Source: Setoptus koraiensis
Taxonomy: Eukaryota > Animalia > Arthropoda
Direction of reading: 5' to 3'
Assembly (NCBI GenBank): GCA_048013815.1
Contig: CM106585.1
Location: 13,330,001 to 13,394,000 of the forward strand
Length of the DNA stretch: 64,000 bases
Shown here one piece after another: positions 12,378 to 23,856 of this stretch. The translations under genes were made by a program, and so were the position numbers. The notes beneath the pieces are model-generated. The model saw only the letters and a list, made by a program, of their open reading frames with translations. It searched no databases and was not told where the DNA came from. Every line of letters begins with the position of its first letter. The first letter of the stretch is position 1.

Positions 12378-13240
12378 ATGGCCGTTTCTATTCTTTGGTT
12401 AGCCGTGGTAGCTGCGCTATACTCATGCACTTGTCATGTTAATGGTCAACAGGCCACCACAAACGCCCGTCTGCTAATTGACAAGCAAATACTCAACAAA
12501 TACATTGTTGAGGGTCGCGACATAGTCGTCAACTATCACCTACTGAACATCGGCGGCAGGTAAGCAATCACAAAATTGCATAATCGGTCCATTCCATTGC
12601 GCAACGTTGGCCTGACAATTCGGCTAGTAATTGGGCATTATTATAATAATGCCGAATCAGTGGCAGCACTAATTAACATCTAATCAACTATTCGTTCATC
12701 CATCTTCCAACGCGTTGCAGTGTGGCCAGAGAGGTCAGAGTGATCGACGACACCTTCCCGCCCAACAAATTCGAGCTTGTCAACGGTTTCACCAGTTTCA
12801 CGGTGGACGAAATTGCGCCAGGCCAAAACTTGACTCACGTCGCCATTGTCCGACCCAAGGTCAACTCCTGGGGACCGCATCAATTCTCGTCGGCTCGCGT
12901 TGTTTACAAGCAAAACGACGCCGGACAATTACAGGTCGGCTACACGAGCGAACACGGCGAGGGTTACGTGGTTGCGGCCAGGACATTCGATCGCACATTC
13001 TCATCACAATTTGTAAGTTGTCAACAAACAATCACTTACTTTGCACTTGTAACTACTTCTACTTGCCCATACTAACCAACACAACTCTCGAAATCGCTCC
13101 GAAACTCCTCTCACCATCAACAGCTCGATTGGATCGTGTTTGCATTCCTTTGTTTGCCATCTCTCGGTGGACCATTCTATTTATGGTACCAGAGCAATCT
13201 CAGATTTTCTTCCTCGAAGCAGAGCAGCAAGAAAGTCTGA
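12378..13240 (+). CDS. SSR2: Translocon-associated protein beta (TRAP-beta), 196 aa; exons 12378-12559, 12721-13012, 13124-13240
   Basis: Signal peptide, then [56 protein letters not shown], and [24 protein letters not shown]. Two GT-AG introns (161 and 111 nt) join the frame exactly. AATAAA at 13302. Confidence 0.95.
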
Positions 13241-13433
13241 TACATGGACTACGTACTCTATTATACACATAACTATTATTTTGTCACTAGCTATCATCAA
13301 CAATAAATTTAAAAAAATAGGATAGTGAATATGCAAAGCCAATGGGTTTTATTGTCATTATTATCATAATTATTATTACATCTGACGCTTGTCGTGGCAA
13401 AGTATGGCAGGAGTACAGCAGTTTTATGGGGGC

Positions 13434-15282
13434 CTATAATTCGAACAGTCTCATGTTTTGCAATGTTTTCTCTAACTCATTCTTCAAAATTGGCTGTACA
13501 GAGTCTATGAGCCTCCTCTTCATGTGACGCATGAAAAAATTCACCGCCGATTTTGTGGCCGTATTCAGGCCGGGCAAACCCGTTATGTCCATCTTGACCG
13601 AGTCTAGTTTCACCACGTTGAGCTCGTCCAGAGTTAGCTTGGACCGGATTGGGTGCAGTCGTTTTATTATCACAGCATCGAACGCCACCTGAATCAAGCG
13701 CAACAAAATGAAAAATCATTAGTGGATATTAGTACATATTACAAAGATTTGCGACAAGTTGATTCAGTAATTGAGTCAGTGATGAACCCACCTCTTTAAT
13801 ACTGAATTTGACCTTGCCTCTGAAACCAATATTGAGACGCCAATCGTAGGTGGCCACCAGCTCCGACCAACCGATACTGGTGTTGACCAACAGGTGCAGA
13901 TCTTGTATCTTTATCTTGGAATCACCGGTCAGTTTGAGTGTGTCTATTTCGGACAGCAGGCCATTGGTGAAATTTATCTTTGCCTCAAGACCAAATAGAC
14001 GGCTCGAATGATAGTAATCGGGCAATTTGTTTGTGACAAACTTGGATCTAACCATCTCTTGTCTAACACTGGCCACCAGGTCTTGTTGTTGGCTAGTGTT
14101 GTGACTGAGATATGGCATAAAATGAGCCAATTCCTCATCTAAACTCTTCTTGCTTGCACCCTCTAACGATTGTTTTATTTCATTCTCGAACTTGTAGTAT
14201 GTTCGTTTGATGGTCTTATGTAACCACCTGTTTAGTAGCTTAAACGCGTAACTGTTGACAGCCGAGCCGCCGGCCTGTTCGTCGGTGTCGTCATAATCTT
14301 CGTACAGAGTCAAATTTATTCTGCCCATGCTGGCGATATTCAAATCTAAATCTTTTGTCCTCAACGAGGGCACGTTGCCCGCTCGCTCGTTAATCTCTTT
14401 GGCAAACCTGGTGGTGGCCTTGACGAACACATCATCGACTCGCATTGTGTATCTGCCCTCCAATTGAAAGTCAATTAGCATCAGCTGAGTACTAAAGCTA
14501 AAGCGACCGTTAACCGTTGTGTTACCAATTGTGAATTGAAGATCGCATTTTGGATCACTGTCTTTGTACAATTGCATATTCAGGAGTCTCAAATTGACGC
14601 CGGTCATAGTGAGATGATTTTGAGTGAATCTTATCGCTTGCATTGCATTGCCACCGTCACCACCAGGTGAATTGGCCTGGCTGTTGGGCACAAAAAGTTT
14701 CAGTGCGGCATCCATTGTGTTATAGGCGGACATATTTATGGGAATATCGACATCTTTGAGATCAACAGATATGACCTCAATGTCATTGTAATTTGAGGTG
14801 TTTGTCTTGACAATCGCCGCTGGGTCGCTCGTGTCTTGCTGTTGTTGCTCAACAATTGGTTCTGATCCATTTATGCTGATCTTGCTGAATAGCTGACGCA
14901 ATTTGTAACCTTTCAGTTTGTTGTGATTGAGCGAAACATTCAAATTGGACAAATTGATTAGTTTATTGACAGATTCAGTGTCTGGATTTTGTGTGTCGCT
15001 TATCACTATGGTTTCAGTTTCGGCTTGTGGCAACAAAACTGGCAGATTAGACAATGACGACGACGCCAGGTCCATACGACGCTGACCATGAACATAGGCG
15101 TCGGCATAATTACGATATCTGTCCGCGACAAGCGATGTGGCATTTGATTTGTGATTACATAATAGCAACAGCGTAAATTGTGCCGCCACAATAAACAATA
15201 CGGATGACATTGGTGCGCTATGATTCAGATGAATTAGTTGCGTCACATGAAAGTGTTGCTGTTGCTGTTTCTTTGTTGCCAT
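13434..15282 (-). CDS. Secreted TULIP-superfamily lipid-binding protein with two group-7-allergen/JHBP-like domains, ~581 aa; exons 15282-13792, 13688-13434
   Basis: A 103-nt GT-AG phase-0 intron (13791-13689) joins the 517-aa and 90-aa ORFs. Hydrophobic leader (MSSVLFIVAAQFTLLLLC; this Met is an alternative start). FTNGLLSEIDTLKLTGD resembles the group-7 'NG.L.GL..L.R.GD' motif. Two beta-rich repeats each end in an amphipathic helix. Confidence 0.7.
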
Positions 15283-16254
15283 AGTTGACCGGCGCCGATT
15301 TGTTGTTGAACTGCCGAGACGACGATTTATAACTCACTTCACTGACAATCTTCTTTGTAAATTGTGTGTGACACTGTCGCGTTGATTGCGTAATAATCGT
15401 CTGATGTTGCCAGTTATGAGCTCAGCAAGTGACAGTGAGCCGTCTAGACAGAATATTCAGCATGTCGTAATGAACTGATGAGAGAGAGACTTGAGACAGT
15501 GAGCAAACTGCAACTTTGTTCAATTTGGCCCAATAAATGAGACAAACCGGCCGATCAACGATGGCGCGTTACTCACGCCTAACATGCGACAATGTTGAAC
15601 AAGTTGTGATACACTCAATGAACTGAATTTGAATTCATAGTTAGAGTTGTATCATCGTGGTGACTAGTTCAGGTTTCACTTCACTTTCTCCGAACACTAA
15701 CGACACAGCGGGCAAATTAGATCGGATCAACAAAATGTCTCTGTCTGTCTGGATGGCCGTGTCAAGGCTCATATGTGCACGCTGATGTCATACGCACCGT
15801 ACATTGAGACCGTTTTTAGCTTGGTTCCAATATCACATATGCTAATGATGCATCAATACATTGCAGTGCAAGATAATTGGTAGATTAGATTAGATTTGAT
15901 GAGATGAGATGATATCGTATCGCTACACATATGCGCCTCATTAGTGTGTCGTCTCATCTATGTTGTCAATTTATCTTGTGTCGTATCTTGTTGCGCTGTA
16001 TCCGCTGTCCGGCACGGATCGCAACCTTCAAGCAGCGGTTTGTAGGCAAATAGCAGGTCAACTAACTCAGTAAGTCTGTCCTGCGGATGATATCTAGTTC
16101 AAGGTTACCCGACCCGTAGCCTCATTATGATTGATCGCACAATTTCGATCATATAAATCGGCAAGTTTCTCTACTTCGTTCGTGCTGTGGCATTTGTTTT
16201 TTCGTGGGATTTCACTGCCAACAGTGAGCTAATTACTGTTGTGAGCGAATATCG

Positions 16255-19200
16255 TCAGTTGTCACGATGATGCGGCGCCGACGCGGCCTCATTCGAGGGC
16301 GCCACCCGCTGGCTCGAATGCAACTGACCGAAGCGGTTGTGATAATAGTCCACGACGACCCGGCTGGCTCGGCGGGCACGCACAATTTCCTTGGAGGTGC
16401 GCGCCAGCAGCGCCGTGTACAATTGGCCCTGGTCAAGTTTCTTGATCAACTTGATGCCCTTCTGCCAGCGCTTCGTTTTGGCCTTCCGCTTGGGCCGGTT
16501 GCGCCGGTCAGTTTGCGCCTTGTGGTGCCTCGACTTGGCCTGATTTTGGTCCTCGTTTGCGGCGGCGGCGGAGCCCGCGTCCGAGCCCGCGTCCGAATCG
16601 TCGTCGTCGTCGTCGTCGTCGTCGGACGTGAACAGGTGTATGACTTCGCCGATCATCACCAGCAGGCCCAGTATGGCGCCCGCGGACAGCAGCCAAAAGG
16701 CCAGCACCACGTTCTTGAGCGATATCTTTTTAACGTCGCCCGCGTTAATAATGACCGTGTCGAGACAATCGTTGCGCTCAACGTCGTATTTGCGGCGCCA
16801 TTTTTGTGCCAATCCACTTTGCATTATTTGCTTCAATTGTTGATTAATTTTGATGATGCAACCCGCTGGCAAATAGTGGCTGAGCACAAACGACATCGGT
16901 CTGACATCTATGGGATACTTGCTGGACTTGAACAGGCACTTGGGCGGCGATCTGTCAAAATACTCTTGGCTCACCAGCATGTCAATGGTGGACTTTTCCT
17001 CTATGTAGGCCATGTCGCCGCTTTGTATCTGGTCCAATATCCGCTGGCGGTGCTTCTCGAAGTCCAAATACACCAGCTGACGGCTGGCGGTGTCCCCGTT
17101 AACCGGATATTGCTGCCTATTTGAGGCCGGCTGCTGGCGCTGCCTCATGAGGCGCGCCATGGGCGACTTGTGCAGCGACTCCTCCGAGTGAAACATTTGC
17201 GCCCACTCGGACTGATAATCGAGGCCCAGTTGCATGGACTGGCCCAAGTGGAGGAAGTCGTCCACGGTCTGAATGAAGTCGTTTTGTTTCGGAAAGGTGA
17301 GTATGGCCACCAGCAGCCCGGAATGGAAGCCGTTGATCACTATAAGGAACAGCCACCAGAAGGCCACCAGAATGCGCGTCGAGTCCGCGGTGGGCAGGTC
17401 CTCGCGTTCGCCGCCCTGCAAGAACAGCGATGCCACCACGTACCACACGATGTACGCCGGATTGAAGAAGCCCGTCGGGCGCTGCAAATCGTTGCGTTGC
17501 CACGAACCGGCCCGCTGTCGGGCGCTGCCCGCGGCCGCGGCCGCCACCGGCCAACCGCCCGACGTGGCAAACTTGTTTATGAGATACATGATGGGCACGA
17601 TGGCGCCCGACGCCACGAAAATCGCTAGCCACACCTCGTTTTGGAAGGGCTTTATCATGATGTGATCGTGATCTTTCACGTACTTGGACAGCAAAAAGTG
17701 AATCTTGAAATTGTCGAAGGGCTCGCTGAAGATGAGGTGGCGCGACCGGTCGCTGGTGGCCAGTACCCCGTTGGCGGTCATCAGCGCGCGCCCGTTCTTC
17801 ACCAGGCTCAGTATGCCCGTCCACTGGGCCAGGCGCGGGTCATAGTGCCCTATGAGCTTGGAGCGGGCCAACACTATCCACTCGGTGACGAAATTCAGCT
17901 TGCTCTCGAGTATGCGGATCACCTCGATGCTGGACCCGTTGCACATCCAGTCGCCCAGACCGTCCTGGAAACAGTTGATCAGCGGGGCCTGGGGCATCAC
18001 GGCCACCTCGATGCGCCGCCCGCCCAAATTGCCCAGATCGATCTTGAACAGGGCGGGCTGCAGTTTCTCCAGCCGCATCACGGGGCTCCACACGGCCACC
18101 TGGCGGCCGCCGTCCGATTTGTAGTTTTGATTTTGTACGATCATTTGATTGAACTGAGCGGAACGGCGCGTGAAATTGGCCAGCCGCGTGGGCCATTGGC
18201 CACTGCCGTTCACCACCATGGGCAAGCCGTTGGGGCCCGCCATCATTGGGCCGGCCCGAAACTCGAGCGGGCCGGTCAACGCGGGAGCGCGCCCGAACAG
18301 CGCCGCGCTCTGTTTGTCCGCACCGGAAGCGGCCGAGTAGTACTGCTGCTGCTGTGCGCTGGACGACGACCTGATCAGACTGAACTCTATCACGTACCAT
18401 TTGTTGCACCATTGCAGCTTCTTGAGGGTGTCGTTGGCCATTATGTGCGCTATGGTCTCGATCGAGATGACGTCCGGCCCGGCCGGCTGCTGGCGACCGG
18501 GCTTCGGGACCGCATCTCTTGTGGTTGGGGCGGCCCCGTCGGCCGCTCGTCGCGGGTCGTGTGCTGGCCCGGCTGGTGGTGGATGGTCATTCGCGAGCCC
18601 GTTATTCGAGCCCGTTGCGTGATCGTTGTGTGAGTGAGCGCCCGCTCTGTCCAGCGACGAGGAGGCGGGTCTCGGCGTGGTTGTGGCTGCGGCACCCGAG
18701 CCGCGAGCCAGCTCCGGCAGCGGCGCAGCCTCGGGCCGGATCGCTGTGTGAGCCGGGATGTTGGCGCTGGTGGCGCTGGTGGCGCTGGTGGCGCCAATCA
18801 GGGAACTTTCGAATGTTGTTGTGTAGTGGCCGACAATGGCGCTGTTCACGGTGGCCAGCAGCCGGTCGAGCATCCAGGCGGCCTGACCGCTGCGCATCAG
18901 CTGTTGCTTGTCGGGTTGTTGCTGTTGTTGGTGATGGGGCCGCTGATGATTGCTGGCCGCTTGCCGGGCCTTGTGCCAGTCCCGGCAATCGATGGAGGTC
19001 GGGCCCCCTGTGGCGCCGTTGCGCAACTGCTGCGAATGCATCTGGAGGGTGCGCGTGGCGGTAATGTTGTTCAGCACGAGCAAAGAATCGGTTGTGCTGA
19101 GAAAGATGCTCAATCGGTCCACCAGTTGGCTCTGCGCGTTTGAATTGGCCCGATTTGTGTATATTATTATCCAGCGTCTCGGTATGACCATCAGCTGGCT

Positions 19201-20760
19201 CTTAAAGGCCTCCTCTATGATCTGGCTGATGGTCTCGGCGTCGTTGATGAGCAACAGATACAGGTGATAGTTGCGCTCGAGGTAGCCCGGCGCGGGCGCG
19301 CCAAACAGGCCGTCCTCGCTGAGAATGGACACGAGCTGGGCCACGTCCACCACGGAGTTGCGGTTTGCGGCGTCCGGTTGGCTGGTTGGCTGGTTTGCGG
19401 CGTCCAGGCCGCCCGCGGGCTGGTGTGCGGCGGTGCCGTTGTCCGGCGCAGCGCTGTCGTGTTCGGGCGCGTCGCCCGTGTCGTCGTGTTGCGTCTCGTC
19501 GGCCCAGTCCTCCTCGATGTAGGTCACCTGGTACGATTGCACCAGCGACTTGTGCGCGTCGCCGTTGTGCCCGTCGTCGCTGTGCGGGCCGGTGCTGTTG
19601 CGGTCGCCGTTGTCCGCTGCTATTACTGCGTCATTACTGTGCTTCTCGTCGTGGCCGGCCCGCTCGTCGTGGCTGGGCCTCGGGTTCTCGCCGTGGTTGT
19701 GGCCGCCGCCGGCGGCCGCCTCCTCGATCAGGCGCTTGATGCTGGCGACGCTGTCGTGATCCATTTGGCTGTCGTGAATTATGGACACGCGATGAAACTT
19801 GTGGCTGGCCTCGACAATGCTGTTGAACTGGTCCTCGATTAGGTCCTGTATCATGGCTATAATGTCGTCGTTGGTGTCGTGACTCAGCACGGGCACGGCC
19901 ACGCTCTGTCTGTTGCGCCACAGCCGGTTGTCGTCCGAGGCGCCCGCTAGCGGCAGCGCCGCGTTACTGTTGTCCAGTGGTTCGTGGTTGGCGTAGTTGC
20001 GGCCCGCGCTGCCCATGAGCGCCCTCGACGGATACGCTCTGGTGAGCAGGTCAGCAGCTTGCTCGTTGATGAACGACTCCGTCAGCGACCAAACCTGTTG
20101 CCGTCGCGAGCTTGCCGCCATCGACAGATAGGGGCCCGGTCTGGTGTGCAAGTAGCCCGTGGTGCCTGTTTGCTGTTGCTGGTGCTGCTGCTGTCGCTGC
20201 TGATGCAACAAATTGGCACCAGCTGACGATTGCGGGTAATGGCTGCTAGTTTGACAGGGCGCCTCTATGAGTGACACGAGCAACACAAACGGACAGGTGA
20301 GCCGCAGCAGGTCGCTGACGGCCCTGGTTTTGTCGCATGACACAACGCTGACGATGGCCGTAATTGAGTGGCACGACGACAGGCGACCCAGGCGCAAGAT
20401 GTCGCTCTGAAGCTGGACAAAACTGTCCACTAGCTTGTACTCGATCTGGTTGTCGTAATCGGCGTCCTCTAGCGGCGGGCACAGCGTCGCATTGGTTGAG
20501 TTGCGGTATTGTTGTTGTTGTTGTTGCGGTTGTTGGTGTCGCTCGAAATGGCCGCTGTTCGGCCAGCGGCAAGCGGACAAACTGGTCGACTGAAACAAGC
20601 GCGTGTCGTCCACTATGACGTACACGCGACCCTTCAGACACTTGCATCGGTGGTCGCGTTGCGCGGCTGTCAGACGGTGGTCGACTTGTTGCGACCACGC
20701 GCCGCTGCAAGCCACCACAACAAGTGTCGCGAGCACGATATCCGCACACTTGGTCGCCAT
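16255..20760 (-). CDS. Ir93a: Ionotropic receptor (variant iGluR), IR93a-like, 1501 aa, intronless
   Basis: Signal peptide; S1 lobe with Arg (TSDRSRHL); M1 (KPFQNEVWLAIF); pore loop LFLQGG; LPTADS then M3 ending LTFPK, both recalled as IR93a-type; S2; M4. IR identity is secure, the subfamily less so. Confidence 0.85.
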   Translation of the reverse strand: MATKCADIVLATLVVVACSGAWSQQVDHRLTAAQRDHRCKCLKGRVYVIVDDTRLFQSTSLSACRWPNSGHFERHQQPQQQQQQYRNSTNATLCPPLEDADYDNQIEYKLVDSFVQLQSDILRLGRLSSCHSITAIVSVVSCDKTRAVSDLLRLTCPFVLLVSLIEAPCQTSSHYPQSSAGANLLHQQRQQQHQQQQTGTTGYLHTRPGPYLSMAASSRRQQVWSLTESFINEQAADLLTRAYPSRALMGSAGRNYANHEPLDNSNAALPLAGASDDNRLWRNRQSVAVPVLSHDTNDDIIAMIQDLIEDQFNSIVEASHKFHRVSIIHDSQMDHDSVASIKRLIEEAAAGGGHNHGENPRPSHDERAGHDEKHSNDAVIAADNGDRNSTGPHSDDGHNGDAHKSLVQSYQVTYIEEDWADETQHDDTGDAPEHDSAAPDNGTAAHQPAGGLDAANQPTSQPDAANRNSVVDVAQLVSILSEDGLFGAPAPGYLERNYHLYLLLINDAETISQIIEEAFKSQLMVIPRRWIIIYTNRANSNAQSQLVDRLSIFLSTTDSLLVLNNITATRTLQMHSQQLRNGATGGPTSIDCRDWHKARQAASNHQRPHHQQQQQPDKQQLMRSGQAAWMLDRLLATVNSAIVGHYTTTFESSLIGATSATSATSANIPAHTAIRPEAAPLPELARGSGAAATTTPRPASSSLDRAGAHSHNDHATGSNNGLANDHPPPAGPAHDPRRAADGAAPTTRDAVPKPGRQQPAGPDVISIETIAHIMANDTLKKLQWCNKWYVIEFSLIRSSSSAQQQQYYSAASGADKQSAALFGRAPALTGPLEFRAGPMMAGPNGLPMVVNGSGQWPTRLANFTRRSAQFNQMIVQNQNYKSDGGRQVAVWSPVMRLEKLQPALFKIDLGNLGGRRIEVAVMPQAPLINCFQDGLGDWMCNGSSIEVIRILESKLNFVTEWIVLARSKLIGHYDPRLAQWTGILSLVKNGRALMTANGVLATSDRSRHLIFSEPFDNFKIHFLLSKYVKDHDHIMIKPFQNEVWLAIFVASGAIVPIMYLINKFATSGGWPVAAAAAGSARQRAGSWQRNDLQRPTGFFNPAYIVWYVVASLFLQGGEREDLPTADSTRILVAFWWLFLIVINGFHSGLLVAILTFPKQNDFIQTVDDFLHLGQSMQLGLDYQSEWAQMFHSEESLHKSPMARLMRQRQQPASNRQQYPVNGDTASRQLVYLDFEKHRQRILDQIQSGDMAYIEEKSTIDMLVSQEYFDRSPPKCLFKSSKYPIDVRPMSFVLSHYLPAGCIIKINQQLKQIMQSGLAQKWRRKYDVERNDCLDTVIINAGDVKKISLKNVVLAFWLLSAGAILGLLVMIGEVIHLFTSDDDDDDDDDSDAGSDAGSAAAANEDQNQAKSRHHKAQTDRRNRPKRKAKTKRWQKGIKLIKKLDQGQLYTALLARTSKEIVRARRASRVVVDYYHNRFGQLHSSQRVAPSNEAASAPHHRDN

Positions 20761-20952
20761 TTCGCTCAGTCTCTCATTTGGTCAGTTTTGCATTTTTCTC
20801 AGTCTCTCAGTTGATCGGTCTCTCAGTTTGATCGGTCTCTCAGTTTGGCTCGCAATCGCGTCGGGCGCACAAACGCTCGCTTGCGTCCGGCCGAATCGGC
20901 CCCGAGTGCCGATTGAGTGAAATTGAAATTGAACGCCGGCTAGCAAACGGCC

Positions 20953-20962
20953 CACTTCCGGT
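20953..20962 (-). promoter_or_regulatory. ETS-consensus site ACCGGAAGTG ~190 bp upstream of the IR ATG
   Basis: Exact 10-bp consensus match. A single short motif could be chance. Confidence 0.2.
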
Positions 20963-22173
20963 TAGAGGTTCTCGTTGTGCTATGTTATTATTATGCTGCT
21001 GTTATTCGTTATTAGTGATTGTTTGTCCGCTTTCGCTTATTTGTGCACGACGCTGATCGCACTGGCGTATTTCACATTTCGCGACCAGCTTTTGTGCTAG
21101 ACGACGCCCTCGTAATGAGCGGCTTGCGTTGGATATGTGTGACTATGATGTCAGACACAAGCGATATCAAATGATCGCTTGACGATGCGCTGGCTCGTGT
21201 CGGCTATAAGCTGTGCGTCAATTGATGTCCCGTCGGATTGTTGCGAGTTTCGTCGTCACACTTTAAATTAAATAGCTTTGTACAAGCTTCCACGATAACT
21301 GTACATTAGTGCACTATGAGTACTGGCGATGCAATGATAATTTGATTTAGCCGGCATCAGTTAGAGCTGCCAGCGACAGCGCAAGCTCCCAAGTCGGTGC
21401 ATTGTCGCGTTGGCTCACCACCACCAACCAATAACCATCGCCCTAGCTAGCTGATGGCTGTCAGCCTCAGTCAGGCCCGCTGAACAAGGCCCGCTGCTTG
21501 CGTCATCGATGGCACCATTGATGGGCCGGTTGCCATGGAGCCGGCCCGTCAATGACAAACGACACACGGTCGGACGGGCGCCCGCTGGAACCAACCGACC
21601 AATCGTTGGCGCAATCAATCAAACTGTTCGGCATCGTCGCGCGGCTTGTCGCAGCAGCAGCCGTTTGGCATGGCGGGCGCACCAAGTGTCTGCTCGATCA
21701 TTAGTTGGCCGAATTATGATGTGAGACGAGACAAAAACAAGACCAATTGTCGAATCATATGCATATTAGTTAGTGTGACTGGCGCGGATAACGCGAATAA
21801 CACAACTAACTCGGATAACACCGACAGCGTGAATAACAGCTCCAATAGCTACAATGGCACCCTTGGCACGAATAACAGCGCAACGTGTGGCCCAAACTGA
21901 GCAGACGAATGTAACAATTAGCGATCGCTACCATTCATGGATTCGTGGATATTCACGGATCGGGGTGTCACGAATTGTCAATTTGTCAACTTTGTCGTGT
22001 CGCTCAGACAGCTCTCCTCATCATTAAATGAGCTTCATCAACAACAACTGTCTGGCGCGCCAAACGCACCACTAAATGAAACACATTGGCCATTCAAATA
22101 ATGACGATAGATAATAGAATAGTTTAACGCTCAACAGGAAATCATTAATTTACATTTGCGGCAGTGTTGCGTA

Positions 22174-22223
22174 GTGAACAAATGCGAACAAATGCGAACA
22201 AATGTGAATAAATGTGAATAACT
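22174..22223. repeat. 10-bp tandem repeat G(T/C)GAA(C/T)AAAT x5
   Basis: Five contiguous units read directly. Confidence 0.85.
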
Positions 22224-22547
22224 AGTGGTCGTATCATGTCACACAAAAGTGAAGTGGGCCGACGCAAATGTCATTGGCAGACAGTGTCAGTGTGATAATC
22301 ATCATGAGAAATGCGCATCAAACTACGCGCATCGGATTGTGCAGATCCGTGTGGCGCCCCGACAGTGCCTTCGCCATAACAAGTTGATATCAACAACCAC
22401 TTGCATAATTGCATAATTGTTGTGTGATCGACGATCGTTTTGTTGTATCGTTGTTCACATGCACCGCGCGCGCCACTGCCACGGCCAGCACGCAGCCAAA
22501 TTTGTGTCAATTAACAATCAATTCTTTCATTCATACAAAACGCGCTC

Positions 22548-23856
22548 ATGTCATCGTCGTACGCAAATGAAGACAACAACAATAGCGACAACAACGCCGC
22601 CACCATCAACAACAAAAGTTATGATATGGACGCAAGCAAAAAATGGAGCCCCTTCGCGCCGCCAATCAAGAAGAAGAAAACCAGGTAAGCGATTCAGGCG
22701 CTGGCCGGTCTGAAGACAAACTGACCAAATAATTATAAACAGACAGATAACATAAGTAACCGACTATCGTTCGATGTACGTTCCGACATGCAGGACAACG
22801 TTCACCTTCCATCAGTTGTATCAGCTAGAGCAGGCCTTCCAGAGATCGCCCTATCCAGACGTGCACACCAGAAAGGACCTGGCCACTGAATTGTTTCTCA
22901 CCGACACCAGAGTACAGGTGAGCTGTTATGAGCTAAGCCCATTCTTGCCATAGTCAGCCATTACACAACAGCCAATTATAAACTTTCATTCGCGCTCGTT
23001 TCTCCATGAACAGGTTTGGTTTCAGAACAGGAGGGCCAAGTGGCGAAGAAAGGCGCCTCAATATCACAAGGCACCCCAGCAACAAAGCGCCAAACCAGCG
23101 GCCCACAATTCAGCAGACGACAAGCTACTGATGGATGTCAACGAAGAAGACGAAACTGTTGAGAGTGATTTGACGACCACGGCGCACATCAACAACAATC
23201 AATTTATCTGCAATCTCAACAAAAAACTAAAATCATCATCGCGAGTCAATGATCTAATGTTGTTGCAACAACAATCGAGGGATCTAGATGTAACCAGTTT
23301 CATCGGACAGTCATCGATTACAAATGTCAACATTTATGATTATAGATACAACCAACAACAACAACAACAAAATAATCACCTAGATACAACTGAATGGAAT
23401 CAACAACGTTTCATTATCAAGTCTAGTCAACAAGATAATAATAACGATAGTAACAGCAACGATACTGATACCGATATTGATACAGCATCCGTGGGAATCC
23501 GCAACCACGCTTTGGACAGCTATGGGGATGATACGGAAGCACACATCAACAAAATGACTACCATGCCCAATAACAACAATCAAACTAACTCTTATCACAA
23601 TCAATCTGCACTGGATACATTGGATCAATCAGATCATGATTGCCTCAACGGCAACTATAATTATTATTATCAGCATCAAAGAGATTACCCTTTGAGCGCT
23701 ACGAGCACCTCGTCTACTCTATTCAATGGTATGGATAACATCAACGATACTTTGAACTCTAGTTATATCTCAGTGGATAACATCAATGCGAGTCCAATCT
23801 CAAATCAAGCGACGATTTCTAATTCGGAAAAGAGTCGTTCCTTCTTTTATGAGTAG
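22548..23856 (+). CDS. Paired-like (PRD class, Q50) homeodomain protein, 367 aa; exons 22548-22684, 22794-22917, 23014-23856
   Basis: Splicing gives KKKKTR|[41 protein letters not shown]|[17 protein letters not shown] introns of 109 and 96 nt, the second at the PRD-class helix-3 position. The supplied 241-aa ORF is only part of exon 3. Confidence 0.92.

Noticed and set aside
16267-19921. Long overlapping ORFs (285, 330, 235, 192, 190 aa and others) on both strands
   Set aside because: They are shadows of the GC-rich IR CDS, whose codon bias suppresses stops in other frames; they show no domain motifs.
21338-21348. TAATTTGATTT paired-homeodomain (P3/RCSI-like) site between the IR and homeobox genes
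   Set aside because: A degenerate 11-mer expected about twice by chance in a window this size.
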